A program made the translations under genes and the position numbers. A stretch of DNA of 64,000 nt. It comes from Chthonomonadales bacterium (lineage in GTDB: Bacteria > Armatimonadota > Chthonomonadetes > Chthonomonadales > Chthonomonadaceae). The stretch spans positions 4,036-68,035 of the forward strand of contig JBBQPY010000005.1 in NCBI GenBank assembly GCA_038216735.1, given 5' to 3'. A model generated the notes under the pieces. It was given only the letters and a program-made list of their open reading frames with translations. It had not been told where the DNA came from and searched no databases. Numbering within the stretch: the stretch's first letter is position 1; the number at the start of each line of letters is the position of its first letter. This document shows positions 54,659-63,919 of the stretch, piece after piece.

Positions 54659-55189
54659 ATGTCACACTTAACTATTCCCGGTCTCATCGGCTCTGTTATT
54701 TTTGCCCTGACGTGGATTTGCATCACGGAGGAAAAAACAAGAGAGAAGCGAAGTCGCACCGACCTCAATAATCGGACAATGCAAAACGATATTGACAAAA
54801 AGCTCGCGCGCAAATTGATGGACGCAGAGACAACCGATTTCGATCGGTTCGATAAAGCCCGTCGATTACACCTCAGCAAACTATTATCCAAACCGGACAC
54901 ACATGTCGACCTTGTACGGGCGGTGTTGAGCGCATGGGAACGTGCTGGCGATCGAGATGCTAATCCTTTTGTTGCGAAGCTGGCGGCGGGACAAGCGCGC
55001 GCGGCAACAAACCCCGACATAGGAAAGCAGGCACGGGAATGTTTGCTCGCTCTGCAGGAACGCGCTGCGCAGGAAAATAATGCAGGCACACTTTTACGCG
55101 CCTCGACTCCAGCGCATACTCCGGAAGAGCTGCTGCGGCCGGCATTCGACACGCCATCAAATCTTGAAGCAAATGCGCAGTTGCTGTGA
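54659..55189 (+). CDS. Hypothetical protein (weak).
   Basis: An ORF with reasonable GC3 upstream of the M61 peptidase gene. N-terminal hydrophobic segment IPGLIGSVIFALTWICI. No family recognised. A long antisense ORF (54412-55152) covers the same DNA. Confidence 0.3.
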   Translation: MSHLTIPGLIGSVIFALTWICITEEKTREKRSRTDLNNRTMQNDIDKKLARKLMDAETTDFDRFDKARRLHLSKLLSKPDTHVDLVRAVLSAWERAGDRDANPFVAKLAAGQARAATNPDIGKQARECLLALQERAAQENNAGTLLRASTPAHTPEELLRPAFDTPSNLEANAQLL

Positions 55190-55220
55190 GTAAATCATAC
55201 TGCAGAGGACACGAAAGACA

Positions 55221-56906
55221 GTGCAAAATCGATCACCAGTTAAAATAATACTGCTCGCCGGTATGCTGCTCGCCGTTAGAATCTCAACACGGCAGGCAGC
55301 AGGCGCTGAGGAAATCAGCAGCAATCATTCGGGAGTGCAGGTTCCTAACGCTGAAGTGCCCGTAGAACAAAACCCCGTCATTGCGTACCGGCTTACGCCA
55401 ATGATCGCCGCCAATCCGCGTCAACTGCAGGTTACGATGCACTTTTCGGTACCGGGCGGCGAGACCCATGCCGTGCTGCAGATGCCCGTCTGGTCGCCAG
55501 GAGATTATCACCTTCAGTACCACGCCCGCTACATCCGCAATCTCCATGCTCGCGACAGCGCCAACACCCAGCACGAGCTCGAGGTCACGCATCCGGACGA
55601 GAACACCTGGGACCTAGACACCGGAAGCGCACACGAGGTGACGGTTACGTATGCCCTGCAGGAGACTCCTCCGGGTTTCTTCAGCGAGAACGTTCAGCTT
55701 CGCAGCAATCAGCTATTTCTCAACGGTCCGGCAGTGTATATGTACCTCGTGGGGCACAAGGATATGCCGGTCACGTTACAGATCGATCTGCCGAACCGAT
55801 GGTTGTCCGAGACGCCGCTTCCGATGCGAAAAGCGGTCGGCGGCGCAGCCTATACCGCTTCCGACTACGACACGCTCGCCGATTCGCCCATCGTCATCGC
55901 CGCGCCCGACGCGATCACGACCCGCGAATTCACGCTCGGCAAGACCGCTTTCCGCGCGGTTTATTTCGGGCAGCTGGACAAAATACGCGATGTCGATGCC
56001 TATACGCCGGTGCTCAAAAAGATCGCGCAGGCTGAGATCGCAATTTTCGGCACGATGCCAACGGAGCGCTACGACTTTCTGTTCGATGTCGATGGGCGTG
56101 GAGGCGGGCTCGAGCATCTCAACTGCTGCCGCATCGCCCTGCCGTCGGGCGCCGTTCCAGAACGTTATGCTCCCTTCATCGCGCACGAGTTTTTCCATCT
56201 GTGGAATGTGAAGCGGATACGCCCGGGTGTTCTCGGTCCCTTCGACTACATAAATCCGCCGCGCACGCGCAATCTCTGGTTCGCCGAAGGGGTCACCGAG
56301 TACTATGCGCACATTGCGACACGCCGCGCCGGACTAACGAGCGCGAGCGCATTCATAACCCACTGGCGCCGAGCAATCGCCGCAATGCAGCAGAATCTGG
56401 CGCGCTTCCAGGTGTCCGCCGATCAGTCGAGCCTGAAAGTCTGGGAGTCCGGCGACAGTCAGGGCTTCGGCGGGCTGTCCTACTATGATAAAGGGGAGCT
56501 GATCGGGCTCTGCCTGGATCTCAAAATCCGCGCGGTAACCAATAATCGTCGCTCGCTCGATGATGTGATGCGGCTGCTGTGGCAGCGTACCGCGCCACCA
56601 AAGCCGGGCTATGGGGAGGACGATATTCGTGCCGCGGTCAATAAAATAGCGGGCGTAGACCTGTCGGCATTCTATGACAGTCTGGCGCGATCGTCCGACG
56701 AACTGCCATACTCCGAATGCCTCTCCTATGCGGGTCTCGATGACAACCTGCGTATTCTGCCGGCCATTTCCGCTGATCAGCAGACACTCTATACGCTGTG
56801 GAGCACGGCATCGTCAGTTGCACCAGTACGAAGGCGACCGAAACCGCATTCGACTTCCAATGGCCGGCGTACAAACATCTCGGATCTCCGACGATCGAGA
56901 GTTTAG
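55221..56906 (+). CDS. M61 family glycyl aminopeptidase-like metallopeptidase, secreted.
   Basis: Signal MQNRSPVKIILLAGMLLAVRISTRQAAGA. Zinc-binding HEFFHLWNVKRIRP (HExxH plus downstream ...GVTEYY) is characteristic of peptidase M61. 561 aa. Confidence 0.75.
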   Translation: MQNRSPVKIILLAGMLLAVRISTRQAAGAEEISSNHSGVQVPNAEVPVEQNPVIAYRLTPMIAANPRQLQVTMHFSVPGGETHAVLQMPVWSPGDYHLQYHARYIRNLHARDSANTQHELEVTHPDENTWDLDTGSAHEVTVTYALQETPPGFFSENVQLRSNQLFLNGPAVYMYLVGHKDMPVTLQIDLPNRWLSETPLPMRKAVGGAAYTASDYDTLADSPIVIAAPDAITTREFTLGKTAFRAVYFGQLDKIRDVDAYTPVLKKIAQAEIAIFGTMPTERYDFLFDVDGRGGGLEHLNCCRIALPSGAVPERYAPFIAHEFFHLWNVKRIRPGVLGPFDYINPPRTRNLWFAEGVTEYYAHIATRRAGLTSASAFITHWRRAIAAMQQNLARFQVSADQSSLKVWESGDSQGFGGLSYYDKGELIGLCLDLKIRAVTNNRRSLDDVMRLLWQRTAPPKPGYGEDDIRAAVNKIAGVDLSAFYDSLARSSDELPYSECLSYAGLDDNLRILPAISADQQTLYTLWSTASSVAPVRRRPKPHSTSNGRRTNISDLRRSRV

Positions 56907-56977
56907 TCACCAACAAAAACGGACAGTTCGACTTGCGGGGGAATTGCCCTTATGACAGGCGAAAAGGCAGGTGCGCA

Positions 56978-58222
56978 ATGACCGTTGCTGCAGAAAGTAG
57001 AAAACTCGCGATCGACGGCGGTACGCCAGTGCGTGACATCTCTGCGCGACCGTGGCAGCGCTGGCCGATCTATGACGAGCGGGAAGAGCGCGCGCTGCTC
57101 GAGACGCTGCACAGCGGCAACTGGTGGTCGGTCGAGGGAACGCAGGGCACGGAGTTCGAGGGGGAGTTCGCGTCTTTCCAGCAGGCGAAACACGGGGTAG
57201 CGTGTACCAACGGGACGGCTGCGCTCGAGATCGCGTTGCGCGCTCTCGGCATCGGCTGCGGCGACGAGGTGATCGTACCACCCTACTCGTTCGTTGCGAC
57301 CGCGAGCGCGGTCGTGACGGTCGGCGCGACGCCAGTCTTTATCGATATTGAAGGCGACACGCTCAATATCGATCCTGCGCTGATCGCCGACGCGATCACG
57401 CCGCGTACACGGGCGATCATTCCCGCCTATATTGCCGGTCGTCCTGCCGATCTCGACGGCATAATGGAAGCGGCAAAAACGTATGGTCTGCGGGTGATCG
57501 AGGATGCGGCGCAGGCGCATGGAGCCGAGTGGCGCGGCAGGAAAGTCGGCGCGATCGGCGACTTCGGCACGTTCAGTTTTCAGGCGAGCAAGAACCTGAA
57601 CGCGGGCGAGGGCGGCATTATTCTGAGCGACGATGTCGCGCTCGCCGACGCCGCCTGGTCGGTGGTCAACGTCGGGCGCGTACGTGATGGGCGCTGGTAC
57701 GAGCATCCGGTGCTCGGCGGCAACTACCGGCTGACGGAATTTCAGTCAGCGCTACTGCGTGTTCAATTGACTCGGCTGCCGGAACAGACGATTCGCCGTA
57801 CCGAAAATGCCCGTATTCTGCGCGAACTGCTGGCGGGGGTGGAAGGAATACAGCTTCCGCGCCTGGATGAGCGCATCACCTGCCATGCCTACCATCTGTT
57901 CACGTTTCGCTTTCAGTCTGAACAGTTCGGTAGGCGCAGTCTTGACGCATTCGTCGCAACACTTATGGCAGAGGGAATTCCCTGCTCGACGGGCTACGTT
58001 CCGCTGTACAAAGAGGGGATTTTCGCGAAGGGGGCGGGCGCGCCGGCGGCAGGTTTATGTCGCGCGGGTCGTGCTATCGACTACGGTGCGTTGTGTCTGC
58101 CCGTTTGTGAGGCGGTCTGTGCGGATACGGTCTGGCTGCCACAAACCCTGCTGCTCGGCACGGCGGAAGACATGAGCGATATCGCCTCCGCAATCGTTAA
58201 AATCCAGGATAGCTCTTCCTGA
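56978..58222 (+). CDS. DegT/DnrJ/EryC1/StrS-family PLP-dependent aminotransferase (sugar aminotransferase).
   Basis: LAIDGGTPVRD...WPIYDEREERALLETLHSGNWW...GEFASFQQAKHGVACTNGTAALEIALRALGIG.GDEVIVPPYSFVATASAV...AIIPAYIAGRPADLDGIMEAAKTYGLRVIEDAAQAHGAEWRGRKVG..GDFGTFSFQASKNL.AGEGG (PLP Lys in FQASK). The six-frame ORF begins at 56798 (GTG), but the family N-terminus starts at M61 (ATG 56978). Confidence 0.8.
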   Translation: MTVAAESRKLAIDGGTPVRDISARPWQRWPIYDEREERALLETLHSGNWWSVEGTQGTEFEGEFASFQQAKHGVACTNGTAALEIALRALGIGCGDEVIVPPYSFVATASAVVTVGATPVFIDIEGDTLNIDPALIADAITPRTRAIIPAYIAGRPADLDGIMEAAKTYGLRVIEDAAQAHGAEWRGRKVGAIGDFGTFSFQASKNLNAGEGGIILSDDVALADAAWSVVNVGRVRDGRWYEHPVLGGNYRLTEFQSALLRVQLTRLPEQTIRRTENARILRELLAGVEGIQLPRLDERITCHAYHLFTFRFQSEQFGRRSLDAFVATLMAEGIPCSTGYVPLYKEGIFAKGAGAPAAGLCRAGRAIDYGALCLPVCEAVCADTVWLPQTLLLGTAEDMSDIASAIVKIQDSSS

Positions 58223-58263
58223 GACGGTACGACGGCAAAAAGAGAATTTCGGGTAAAGGCAAA

Positions 58264-58635
58264 ATGGAAGCAAAATCATCTGGAAACGAAGCTGAGGGGG
58301 CGATATCGCCGGTGCAGGCGTTCGATGCCCTCGATCTGAGGGTCGGGCGCATCGTGCGCGTCGAGCCGAATCCGAAGGCGCATAAGCCCGCTTATAAACT
58401 ATGGATCGACTTCGGCGAGGAGCTGGGCGTCAAAACGTTGAGCGCACAGATTACCGCGCTCTACACCCCTGCCGAACTCGAGCAGCGGCTGATCGTTGCC
58501 GCCGTCAATCTCGGAATGCGCCGAATCGCCGGTTTCGCTTCCGAGGTGCTGGTAATGGGCGCGGCGGATACGGAGGGGCAGGTCGTGCTTCTCGCTGTTG
58601 AGCGCGACGTTCCGCTCGGCAGCAAAATCTACTGA
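58264..58635 (+). CDS. tRNA-binding (EMAP/Myf-like OB-fold) domain protein CsaA/YgjH-like.
   Basis: FDALDLRVGRIVRVEPNPKAHKPAYKLWIDFGEELGVKTLSAQITALYTPAELEQRLIVAAVNLGMRRIAGFASEVLVMGAADTEGQVVLL matches the CsaA pattern (DLRVG.I..VE.HP.A.KL..L.VD.G......SA.I...Y....L.G....V..NL....I.G..S.GM.L). Confidence 0.75.
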   Translation: MEAKSSGNEAEGAISPVQAFDALDLRVGRIVRVEPNPKAHKPAYKLWIDFGEELGVKTLSAQITALYTPAELEQRLIVAAVNLGMRRIAGFASEVLVMGAADTEGQVVLLAVERDVPLGSKIY

Positions 58636-58670
58636 GGTGCCTCACGCAATACACCATGCCACGCAGATGG

Positions 58671-58730
58671 GAGACTGAAGATCGAGGTCTGGAGCTGCAA
58701 AGCCTGCCTGCGCGGGCTGAGAACGGGATC
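58671..58730. repeat. R1 dispersed two-hairpin repeat, copy d.
   Basis: gagactgaagatcgaGGTCTGGAGCTGCAAAGCCTGCCTGCGCGGGCTGAGAACGGG, in the convergent spacer between csaA and fucU. A further partial copy (gcagcGGACTGAGACatc) lies at 62571-62590. Confidence 0.5.
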
Positions 58731-58737
58731 TGTCTGC

Positions 58738-59157
58738 TTATGGCGGCGGGACGACACCGATCGTCAGCAGGATGTTGGCATAGATACGCTGTTCGCCGGT
58801 CGCGATCACGAGGCAGGTTTCGGGCAGCGAAGACTGCGCATAGAAGGCAAAACGCTCCAGTGGCTGCAGCGTCATGCCCGGCAGCAGCGCGCGAAACTCG
58901 GTGAAGATAGGCGCGTCTTTGCCGTCGGCGGGCTGCATAACCTGTGCGGATTCGATCGGAATTGCAGCGGCGATCACGCGCAGAACTTCGGTCGCGGAGA
59001 CGGTTCCGGGGGTGAGGTTGAGGTACACGCGGCGGGCATTGGGCGCGGCGTGCGTGGAAAAGGGATAGTTACCGTCGGCGATCAGCACCTGTGCGCCATG
59101 ACCGCCTCCGGCGAGTGCGGCGAGTATCTCCGGATGCAGCAGTTGGTTCTTCAGCAA
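58738..59157 (-). CDS. fucU: L-fucose mutarotase / D-ribose pyranase family protein (RbsD/FucU).
   Basis: MLKNQLLHPEILAALAGGGHGAQVLIADGNYP...RFAFYAQSS...VIATGEQRIYANILLTIGVV aligns with recalled E. coli FucU ([34 protein letters not shown]...RFAFYERAQ...[20 protein letters not shown]). Confidence 0.8.
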   Translation of the reverse strand: MLKNQLLHPEILAALAGGGHGAQVLIADGNYPFSTHAAPNARRVYLNLTPGTVSATEVLRVIAAAIPIESAQVMQPADGKDAPIFTEFRALLPGMTLQPLERFAFYAQSSLPETCLVIATGEQRIYANILLTIGVVPPP

Positions 59158-59198
59158 AAGTTTCTCCTCGAACTCAGTAAGCTCAGCAGGTATCCCCT

Positions 59199-59810
59199 CT
59201 ACGGGAGTACGGTAATTTCGATCGGGTCGGAGAGTGGCGTCGGCACGTCATGGAATACAGGCTTAGCGCCATCGTGATAGGCGGCGGGTGCGATCAGGAA
59301 TGCCTGGTAGACGCCGGGGCGCAGCGTGGAGAGGAGTGGCGGGCTTTGTGTATTCGGCAAATAGGGGAAACTATAAGGGAAGGTGTGGGTGGCACCGGGA
59401 GCGTAGCGATCCATGCCGATCTCATCTGAGAATGCGATCTTATGTCCCGTCCAGTATTCGTACGTAACGATATGCCCGTACTGCGCGATGCAGTAGCCCC
59501 ACCACGTCACAGGCGCATTGTTCGAGAAACTAAGATCGCGCTCCTGCCCTGAGGCATTCGTAACGGACAGTGTGAACTGAATCGGCTCGCCGGTGCGATA
59601 GGTCGCTTTGTCTGCGGCGATCTGAAATCCGAGGCCGGGTATGGAGTCCTTCGTGGGCACGAGAAGTCCGACCGCACTGCCCCCCTGATTGATGGGAAGG
59701 ATGTTTGTATTACTGCTTCCGCCACAGCCCGAAAGTAGCGCTCCAACAAGCAGGATGACAGGCAGGCAGGCAAATATTCTAGGCGATTTGTGTCTGTTCC
59801 ATTCGAACAT
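59199..59810 (-). CDS. Hypothetical lipoprotein.
   Basis: MFEWNRHKSPRIFACLPVILLVGALLSGCGGSS (lipobox LLSGC). RBS GGAGGA upstream. The ATG overlaps the wecA-like stop (TGATG). Rich in aromatic/Pro residues; no family recognised. Confidence 0.5.
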   Translation of the reverse strand: MFEWNRHKSPRIFACLPVILLVGALLSGCGGSSNTNILPINQGGSAVGLLVPTKDSIPGLGFQIAADKATYRTGEPIQFTLSVTNASGQERDLSFSNNAPVTWWGYCIAQYGHIVTYEYWTGHKIAFSDEIGMDRYAPGATHTFPYSFPYLPNTQSPPLLSTLRPGVYQAFLIAPAAYHDGAKPVFHDVPTPLSDPIEITVLP

Positions 59811-60829
59811 CAGCGTCCTCCATGACCGGCGCGAAACAGGGCGAGCGCGGTGATGCACAGCACGATGGTGAGGCTGTAGATGAACCATGCCACTTGTTTA
59901 TGATCCCAGCCGCGATCGAGCAGCCTGTGGTGCATATGGCGTCTGTCAGCTTTGGTTAGCGGCGCGCGGTCGATGATGCGACGCGCCATTACGTGCGTGA
60001 AATCGAAGATCGGCACGCCGAGCACGAGCAGAGGGATCAGCACAGAGACCGCCGCTGCGACCTTGAACGCGCCCATGATCGAGACTGCCGCCAGCGCGAG
60101 ACCGAGTACCTGCGCTCCGACCGTGCCCATGATGATCTTTGCCGGGTGGTAGTTATGTCGCAGGAAACCGAGGCACGCGCCACAGATTGCCGCTGCGATC
60201 AGCGCGACCGTCGGTCCCTGGGAGGAGGGTGCGCCAGGCAGCGCGTGTACCTGCGTCGCCATCAGTGCAAGGGTTGCCGCAGAGATCGCGCAGACGCCTG
60301 CCGCCAGTCCATCCACGCCATCGATCGCATCGACCGTCTTGGTGACCGTGAAGACCCAGAAGACCGTGAGCAGGATCGAAACGGCGATCGGCAGCGCGTG
60401 CCAGTTTTGACCCGCGCCCGCGCCTCCAAACGGATTGGTGATACCCTCGATGCGGACTCCGAAGGCGGCAAGTATCAGTGCAGCGGCAATTATCGACAAC
60501 GCCTGCCACTTTGCGGCGAGATCGTTGAGGTCATCGATCAGGCTGGTGACTGCGATGAAGGCGGCAGCGAGCAGAACGCCCGTGACCTGCAGCGTCCAGG
60601 TATGCTGACCATCCTTGGCGAATTGGCGCACGGCGATCGTGATGATGACAGCCACTAAAAACCCAGCAAAGATTGCGACCCCGCCGAGGCGCGGCATGTC
60701 GGTTGTGTTGACACGTCGCGCTTCGGGCTTGTCAACCGCGCCTGTTTTCTCCGACAGGCGGCGCATGGCGGGCGTCACGAGCATCGTAACAAGTCCCGCA
60801 ATCAACGCCGCGGCGAAAATACCGTACAT
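59810..60829 (-). CDS. Undecaprenyl-phosphate N-acetylhexosamine-1-phosphate transferase (WecA/TagO-type, MraY-like GT4 family).
   Basis: About 10-11 TM helices. D-D motif SLIDDLND. TVDAIDGVDGLAAG is the N..DG.DGL motif. IIMGTVGAQVLG is the MGD/T.G-type motif. C-terminal HHRL. 339 aa. Confidence 0.8.
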   Translation of the reverse strand: MYGIFAAALIAGLVTMLVTPAMRRLSEKTGAVDKPEARRVNTTDMPRLGGVAIFAGFLVAVIITIAVRQFAKDGQHTWTLQVTGVLLAAAFIAVTSLIDDLNDLAAKWQALSIIAAALILAAFGVRIEGITNPFGGAGAGQNWHALPIAVSILLTVFWVFTVTKTVDAIDGVDGLAAGVCAISAATLALMATQVHALPGAPSSQGPTVALIAAAICGACLGFLRHNYHPAKIIMGTVGAQVLGLALAAVSIMGAFKVAAAVSVLIPLLVLGVPIFDFTHVMARRIIDRAPLTKADRRHMHHRLLDRGWDHKQVAWFIYSLTIVLCITALALFRAGHGGR

Positions 60830-60904
60830 TACAGCCTCCCCTCAAACACAATCCCTAATACGACATATAACCATCTCATCTGCCGAGGAGCACCGTCACA
60901 AAGC

Positions 60905-61375
60905 TCAGATGCGTGACTTTCGCGGAATAGGCAGTTCCTGAATCCGCCGAGCGCGCACTTCCTGTTTTCGTGGATCACGTAGTTTCTGTTGCTGAGCGCG
61001 AAACTCGCAGGCGAAATCCTCGACTTCGCTCGCGCTCAGATGGTAGCAAAAAGCAAAGCGAAGTGTAGTGAACTCTTCCTCCGAAAGCCACCGCGCTACA
61101 TCCTGTCGAACTTTGTGAGCCAGTGGCAAATGCTCATAGAAACACACCACGACCGCGCTTCTGAGGTTGTCATCGTGAGGCTGACACAGACACCAACTCG
61201 CATATTCATAGATGCGTGCGATCAGGCTGTCGTCCACAGTCTCGCGTCCATAAATATTCTCCAACTCAAGGTGCAGTTGAATCCAGACTCCAAACGCGCC
61301 GCCCGCCATGGAAATTTCCTTCTGCAGTTCGGGCAGCTTCTCGATCGCGATCCGACGCCATGCGCTCATTATCAT
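60905..61375 (-). CDS. Hypothetical cytoplasmic protein.
   Basis: MIMSAWRRIAIEKLPELQKEI...YEYASWCLCQPHDDNLRSAVVVCFYEHL. RBS GAGGA lies 8 nt before the internal ATG. The six-frame ORF extends to 61462, but that N-terminal extension overlaps R3 copy B. No family recognised. Confidence 0.35.
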   Translation of the reverse strand: MIMSAWRRIAIEKLPELQKEISMAGGAFGVWIQLHLELENIYGRETVDDSLIARIYEYASWCLCQPHDDNLRSAVVVCFYEHLPLAHKVRQDVARWLSEEEFTTLRFAFCYHLSASEVEDFACEFRAQQQKLRDPRKQEVRARRIQELPIPRKSRI

Positions 61376-61428
61376 GCCCCAATCCTCGTCCCTATTGCTC
61401 CTTTTCCAGAGGCGGCACGTTCTGCGCC

Positions 61429-61598
61429 AGCCCTCATCCCAACCCTTCTCCCTGCCACTCATGCTTCGTTAGGGAGAAGGGCAGATACAGCACCGCAATG
61501 TTTTTACCCTCTGGTGAACGAGGCAAATGCAGTATTGTTGACTCCCCCTCGCCCTAATGAGGTACGAATGGCAGAGACTGGGGGTCGGGGTTGAGGGT
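61429..61598. repeat. R3 approximately 180-bp MITE-like dispersed element, copy B.
   Basis: agccctcatcccaacccttctccctgcca...ctccccctcgccctaatgaggtacgaatggcagagactgggggtcggggttgagggtt; see copy A at 29220-29406. It lies between a hypothetical gene start and the stop of the LolA-like gene. Confidence 0.55.
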
Positions 61599-62524
61599 TA
61601 TTTATGCGTTTTATCGCCGAGCAACTCGCTTGTTTCTTTCATTTGTGTCGCACCCGCAGGCGGACGGAACGTGAAAACCGTATCGCTCAGAGTAGGATTG
61701 GGTTGCGCGTCTACGATCACATGACGCAGCTCGTACCGCACTGGCATCGTGCGCTCGACCATTTTCCCGTTCTGTTTGCCGCGAACCGTGACCGTCTTAA
61801 TGTCCGTGTGCATCTCGATTTTGTGCAGTAGATTGGTCTTTTTGTCGATGTACCACGTCCAGTACAACGTTTCGACATTCGCCTTTGGATCTACCTCTTT
61901 AGCTCCTGCCTTCGGTGTAGTTTTGTTGGGGGTGGTGGCAGGATTTGCTTTTCCGGCAGGCGAGCCGCGCAGCACAGAGTGTGTCGTCCCGGTGATGATA
62001 TTGACCGCGATGCCGTTGACACTTCCCGGAGGCAGGAATTTCAGGTCGGTCAGCGTATTGGGAAGGGTTTTGGCGGTCAAAAAATAGAGCGGGTCTGCTT
62101 CGCCCCGGATGCCGCCGCGCCGTGCGAGCGGGACCACCATCTCGCTCAGAGTTGCCACTGCGGGAGCGCTGCTGTAAGCGTTGTGCAGCCCGTCATAGAC
62201 GATGAATTTTCTGCCGTCACAATAGATGTCGTGACTGCCTTTTGCGGTCGAGACGTTGAGCGTGAGCAGGTTCGGACGGCGTACACGCAGCTGCGTCGAG
62301 ATCGCCGAGAGCGTTTGCAGCGTTTTGCCGTTCGAGACGACGCTCAGTTCTGCGCTCGCCTTGCCGTCGTAACTGTTGAGTTTCTGATAGGTCTCCAGCA
62401 CTTTTTGCAGCGCGGCACGGGCATCCTGTCCCTGTGCACGGGTCGCGGCAGAAGCCGTCAGCACGATCAGAAAAGGAACAAAGAAGCACGCAAAGGCTGC
62501 GCCTCGCGAGTTTCGGTGCGTCAT
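61598..62524 (-). CDS. Secreted LolA-like-fold protein (DUF2092/outer-membrane lipoprotein-sorting-like), tentative.
   Basis: Signal MTHRNSRGAAFACFFVPFLIVLTASAATRAQG. KLNSYDGKASAELSV...LRVRRPNLLTLNV...DIYCDGRKFIVYDGLHNAY resembles the LolA/LppX-like half-barrel pattern. Low confidence. Confidence 0.4.
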   Translation of the reverse strand: MTHRNSRGAAFACFFVPFLIVLTASAATRAQGQDARAALQKVLETYQKLNSYDGKASAELSVVSNGKTLQTLSAISTQLRVRRPNLLTLNVSTAKGSHDIYCDGRKFIVYDGLHNAYSSAPAVATLSEMVVPLARRGGIRGEADPLYFLTAKTLPNTLTDLKFLPPGSVNGIAVNIITGTTHSVLRGSPAGKANPATTPNKTTPKAGAKEVDPKANVETLYWTWYIDKKTNLLHKIEMHTDIKTVTVRGKQNGKMVERTMPVRYELRHVIVDAQPNPTLSDTVFTFRPPAGATQMKETSELLGDKTHK

Positions 62525-62986
62525 ACTGTCTCCCTATACATTAGAGTTGTTGAGTTCAGGTTCGGCTTCAGATTGGCAGCGGACTGAGACATCTTGATAA
62601 TACCTGTCTGCAGTATAGAATGTAGCAGGTCGTTTGTCAAGGCAACTTCGATCGAAGGTCTACACGATATTGGCGACAGCGCTAAACACGCTATCAAAAG
62701 CCCTGACAAAATGCCGACGCTTCTCCGCCAGCGCTCTTAAACGAATTTTAATAGAAACTTAACAGTGAGTTAACAGACGGGCGGGTATAGTGTTTATGGC
62801 AGGATTTACTACTGCCTGAAATCACTCGCCTGCTGCCACGCTCGATTACCTCATCCCCGAGCGGAAAGCCGACTGCTGCCGAACCGGAATTCGCATGCAC
62901 GAAGCTTTCCGCTTTTCCTAATCGAGAATCAGTAAGGAACCAGCCCTGTCATAAGCACTAAGTCATCTCATGTAAGGAGCAGTAAC

Positions 62987-63856
62987 ATGGTTTCCATTCG
63001 GCGCGGTCGAAAAGGTTTTACGCTCATAGAGCTGCTCGTCGTGATCGCAATAATCGCGATTCTCGCCGCAATTCTGTTCCCTGTTTTCGCCCAGGCACGC
63101 GAAAAAGCGCGTCAGGCGAGCTGCCAGTCTAACATGAAGCAGCTCAGTCTGGCTTTCTTGATGTATTCGATCGACTACGACGAACAGTATATGTCCCCAT
63201 ACTACTTCGGCTATGTTACCGACGCGGCAACGGGCGCGACTCCGCTGGAACCTTACATCAAAAACCATACGGGCGGCTCAAAAGCCACGGTCTGGGTGTG
63301 CCCCGACCTCGCCGGGTTTACTCCGAAAGACCCCTATCTGAAGTACGGGCGCTCCTACGCAATGAATACTTTTCTGTGCAGCGGCGGCGAGCTCTATAAT
63401 GGCAAGACGATCAGCGATCCGGATTCCTACTACCTGCGCGTTTCCGATGAGACGAAGTGGTATCAGGACGCGACCGACTACCCGACCTACGAAGACGACA
63501 ACCCGATCAGTCAGGCGGGAATCGTTGCGCCTGCCGACACCACACTGATTTTCGAAGCGATGCCCGAAGACGGCAGCGGCTCGAAATACTACGGTTCAAC
63601 CACCAAACGCGGCGCATGGCTCTACGAAAAAGGGTTCTGGAACAGCCTTGCGAACGAACAGAACTACTGGTATACCGCGATCAGTCCTGAAAAGGCTTAC
63701 CACACCGAAAACGCAAACTTCGCTTTCTGTGACGGGCATGTCAAGTCCCGCCGTCCCGAAAAGCAGAGCTACGACATCACGCAGCATGCACAGGACAATA
63801 TCTGGCTGACGCACCTCGGACGCAGTGGCGACACGCTTCCTACGGTACCTAATTAG
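62987..63856 (+). CDS. DUF1559-domain protein with N-terminal prepilin-type cleavage/methylation signal (type IV pilin-like).
   Basis: [60 protein letters not shown] is the class III signal ([14 protein letters not shown]) plus the characteristic DUF1559 continuation. C-terminal ...[11 protein letters not shown] (DUF1559 H-x-G/D-G-H tail). RBS GTAAGGAG upstream. Confidence 0.85.
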   Translation: MVSIRRGRKGFTLIELLVVIAIIAILAAILFPVFAQAREKARQASCQSNMKQLSLAFLMYSIDYDEQYMSPYYFGYVTDAATGATPLEPYIKNHTGGSKATVWVCPDLAGFTPKDPYLKYGRSYAMNTFLCSGGELYNGKTISDPDSYYLRVSDETKWYQDATDYPTYEDDNPISQAGIVAPADTTLIFEAMPEDGSGSKYYGSTTKRGAWLYEKGFWNSLANEQNYWYTAISPEKAYHTENANFAFCDGHVKSRRPEKQSYDITQHAQDNIWLTHLGRSGDTLPTVPN

Positions 63857-63880
63857 GCTTTTCAGCAGAGTATACAAAGA

Positions 63881-63919
63881 CAACTCCGGCGCGATATGGC
63901 GCCGGAGTTGCTTGTTTCT
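63881..63919 (+). terminator. Rho-independent terminator after the DUF1559 gene.
   Basis: caactccggcgc-gatatg-gcgccggagttg (12-bp perfect stem) followed by cttgtttctg. Confidence 0.6.

Noticed and set aside
56798-56977. GTG-initiated N-terminal extension of the DegT-family aminotransferase overlapping the end of the M61 peptidase gene.
   Set aside because: Family alignment begins at M61 (ATG 56978), which has an upstream purine-rich RBS. The 60-codon extension has no homology and overlaps the preceding gene.
61375-61462. N-terminal 29-codon extension of ORF 60905-61462 (MSGREKGWDEGWRRTCRLW...).
   Set aside because: The extension overlaps the R3 repeat copy B. A good RBS (GAGGA) precedes the internal ATG at about 61375. 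The extension is probably not translated.
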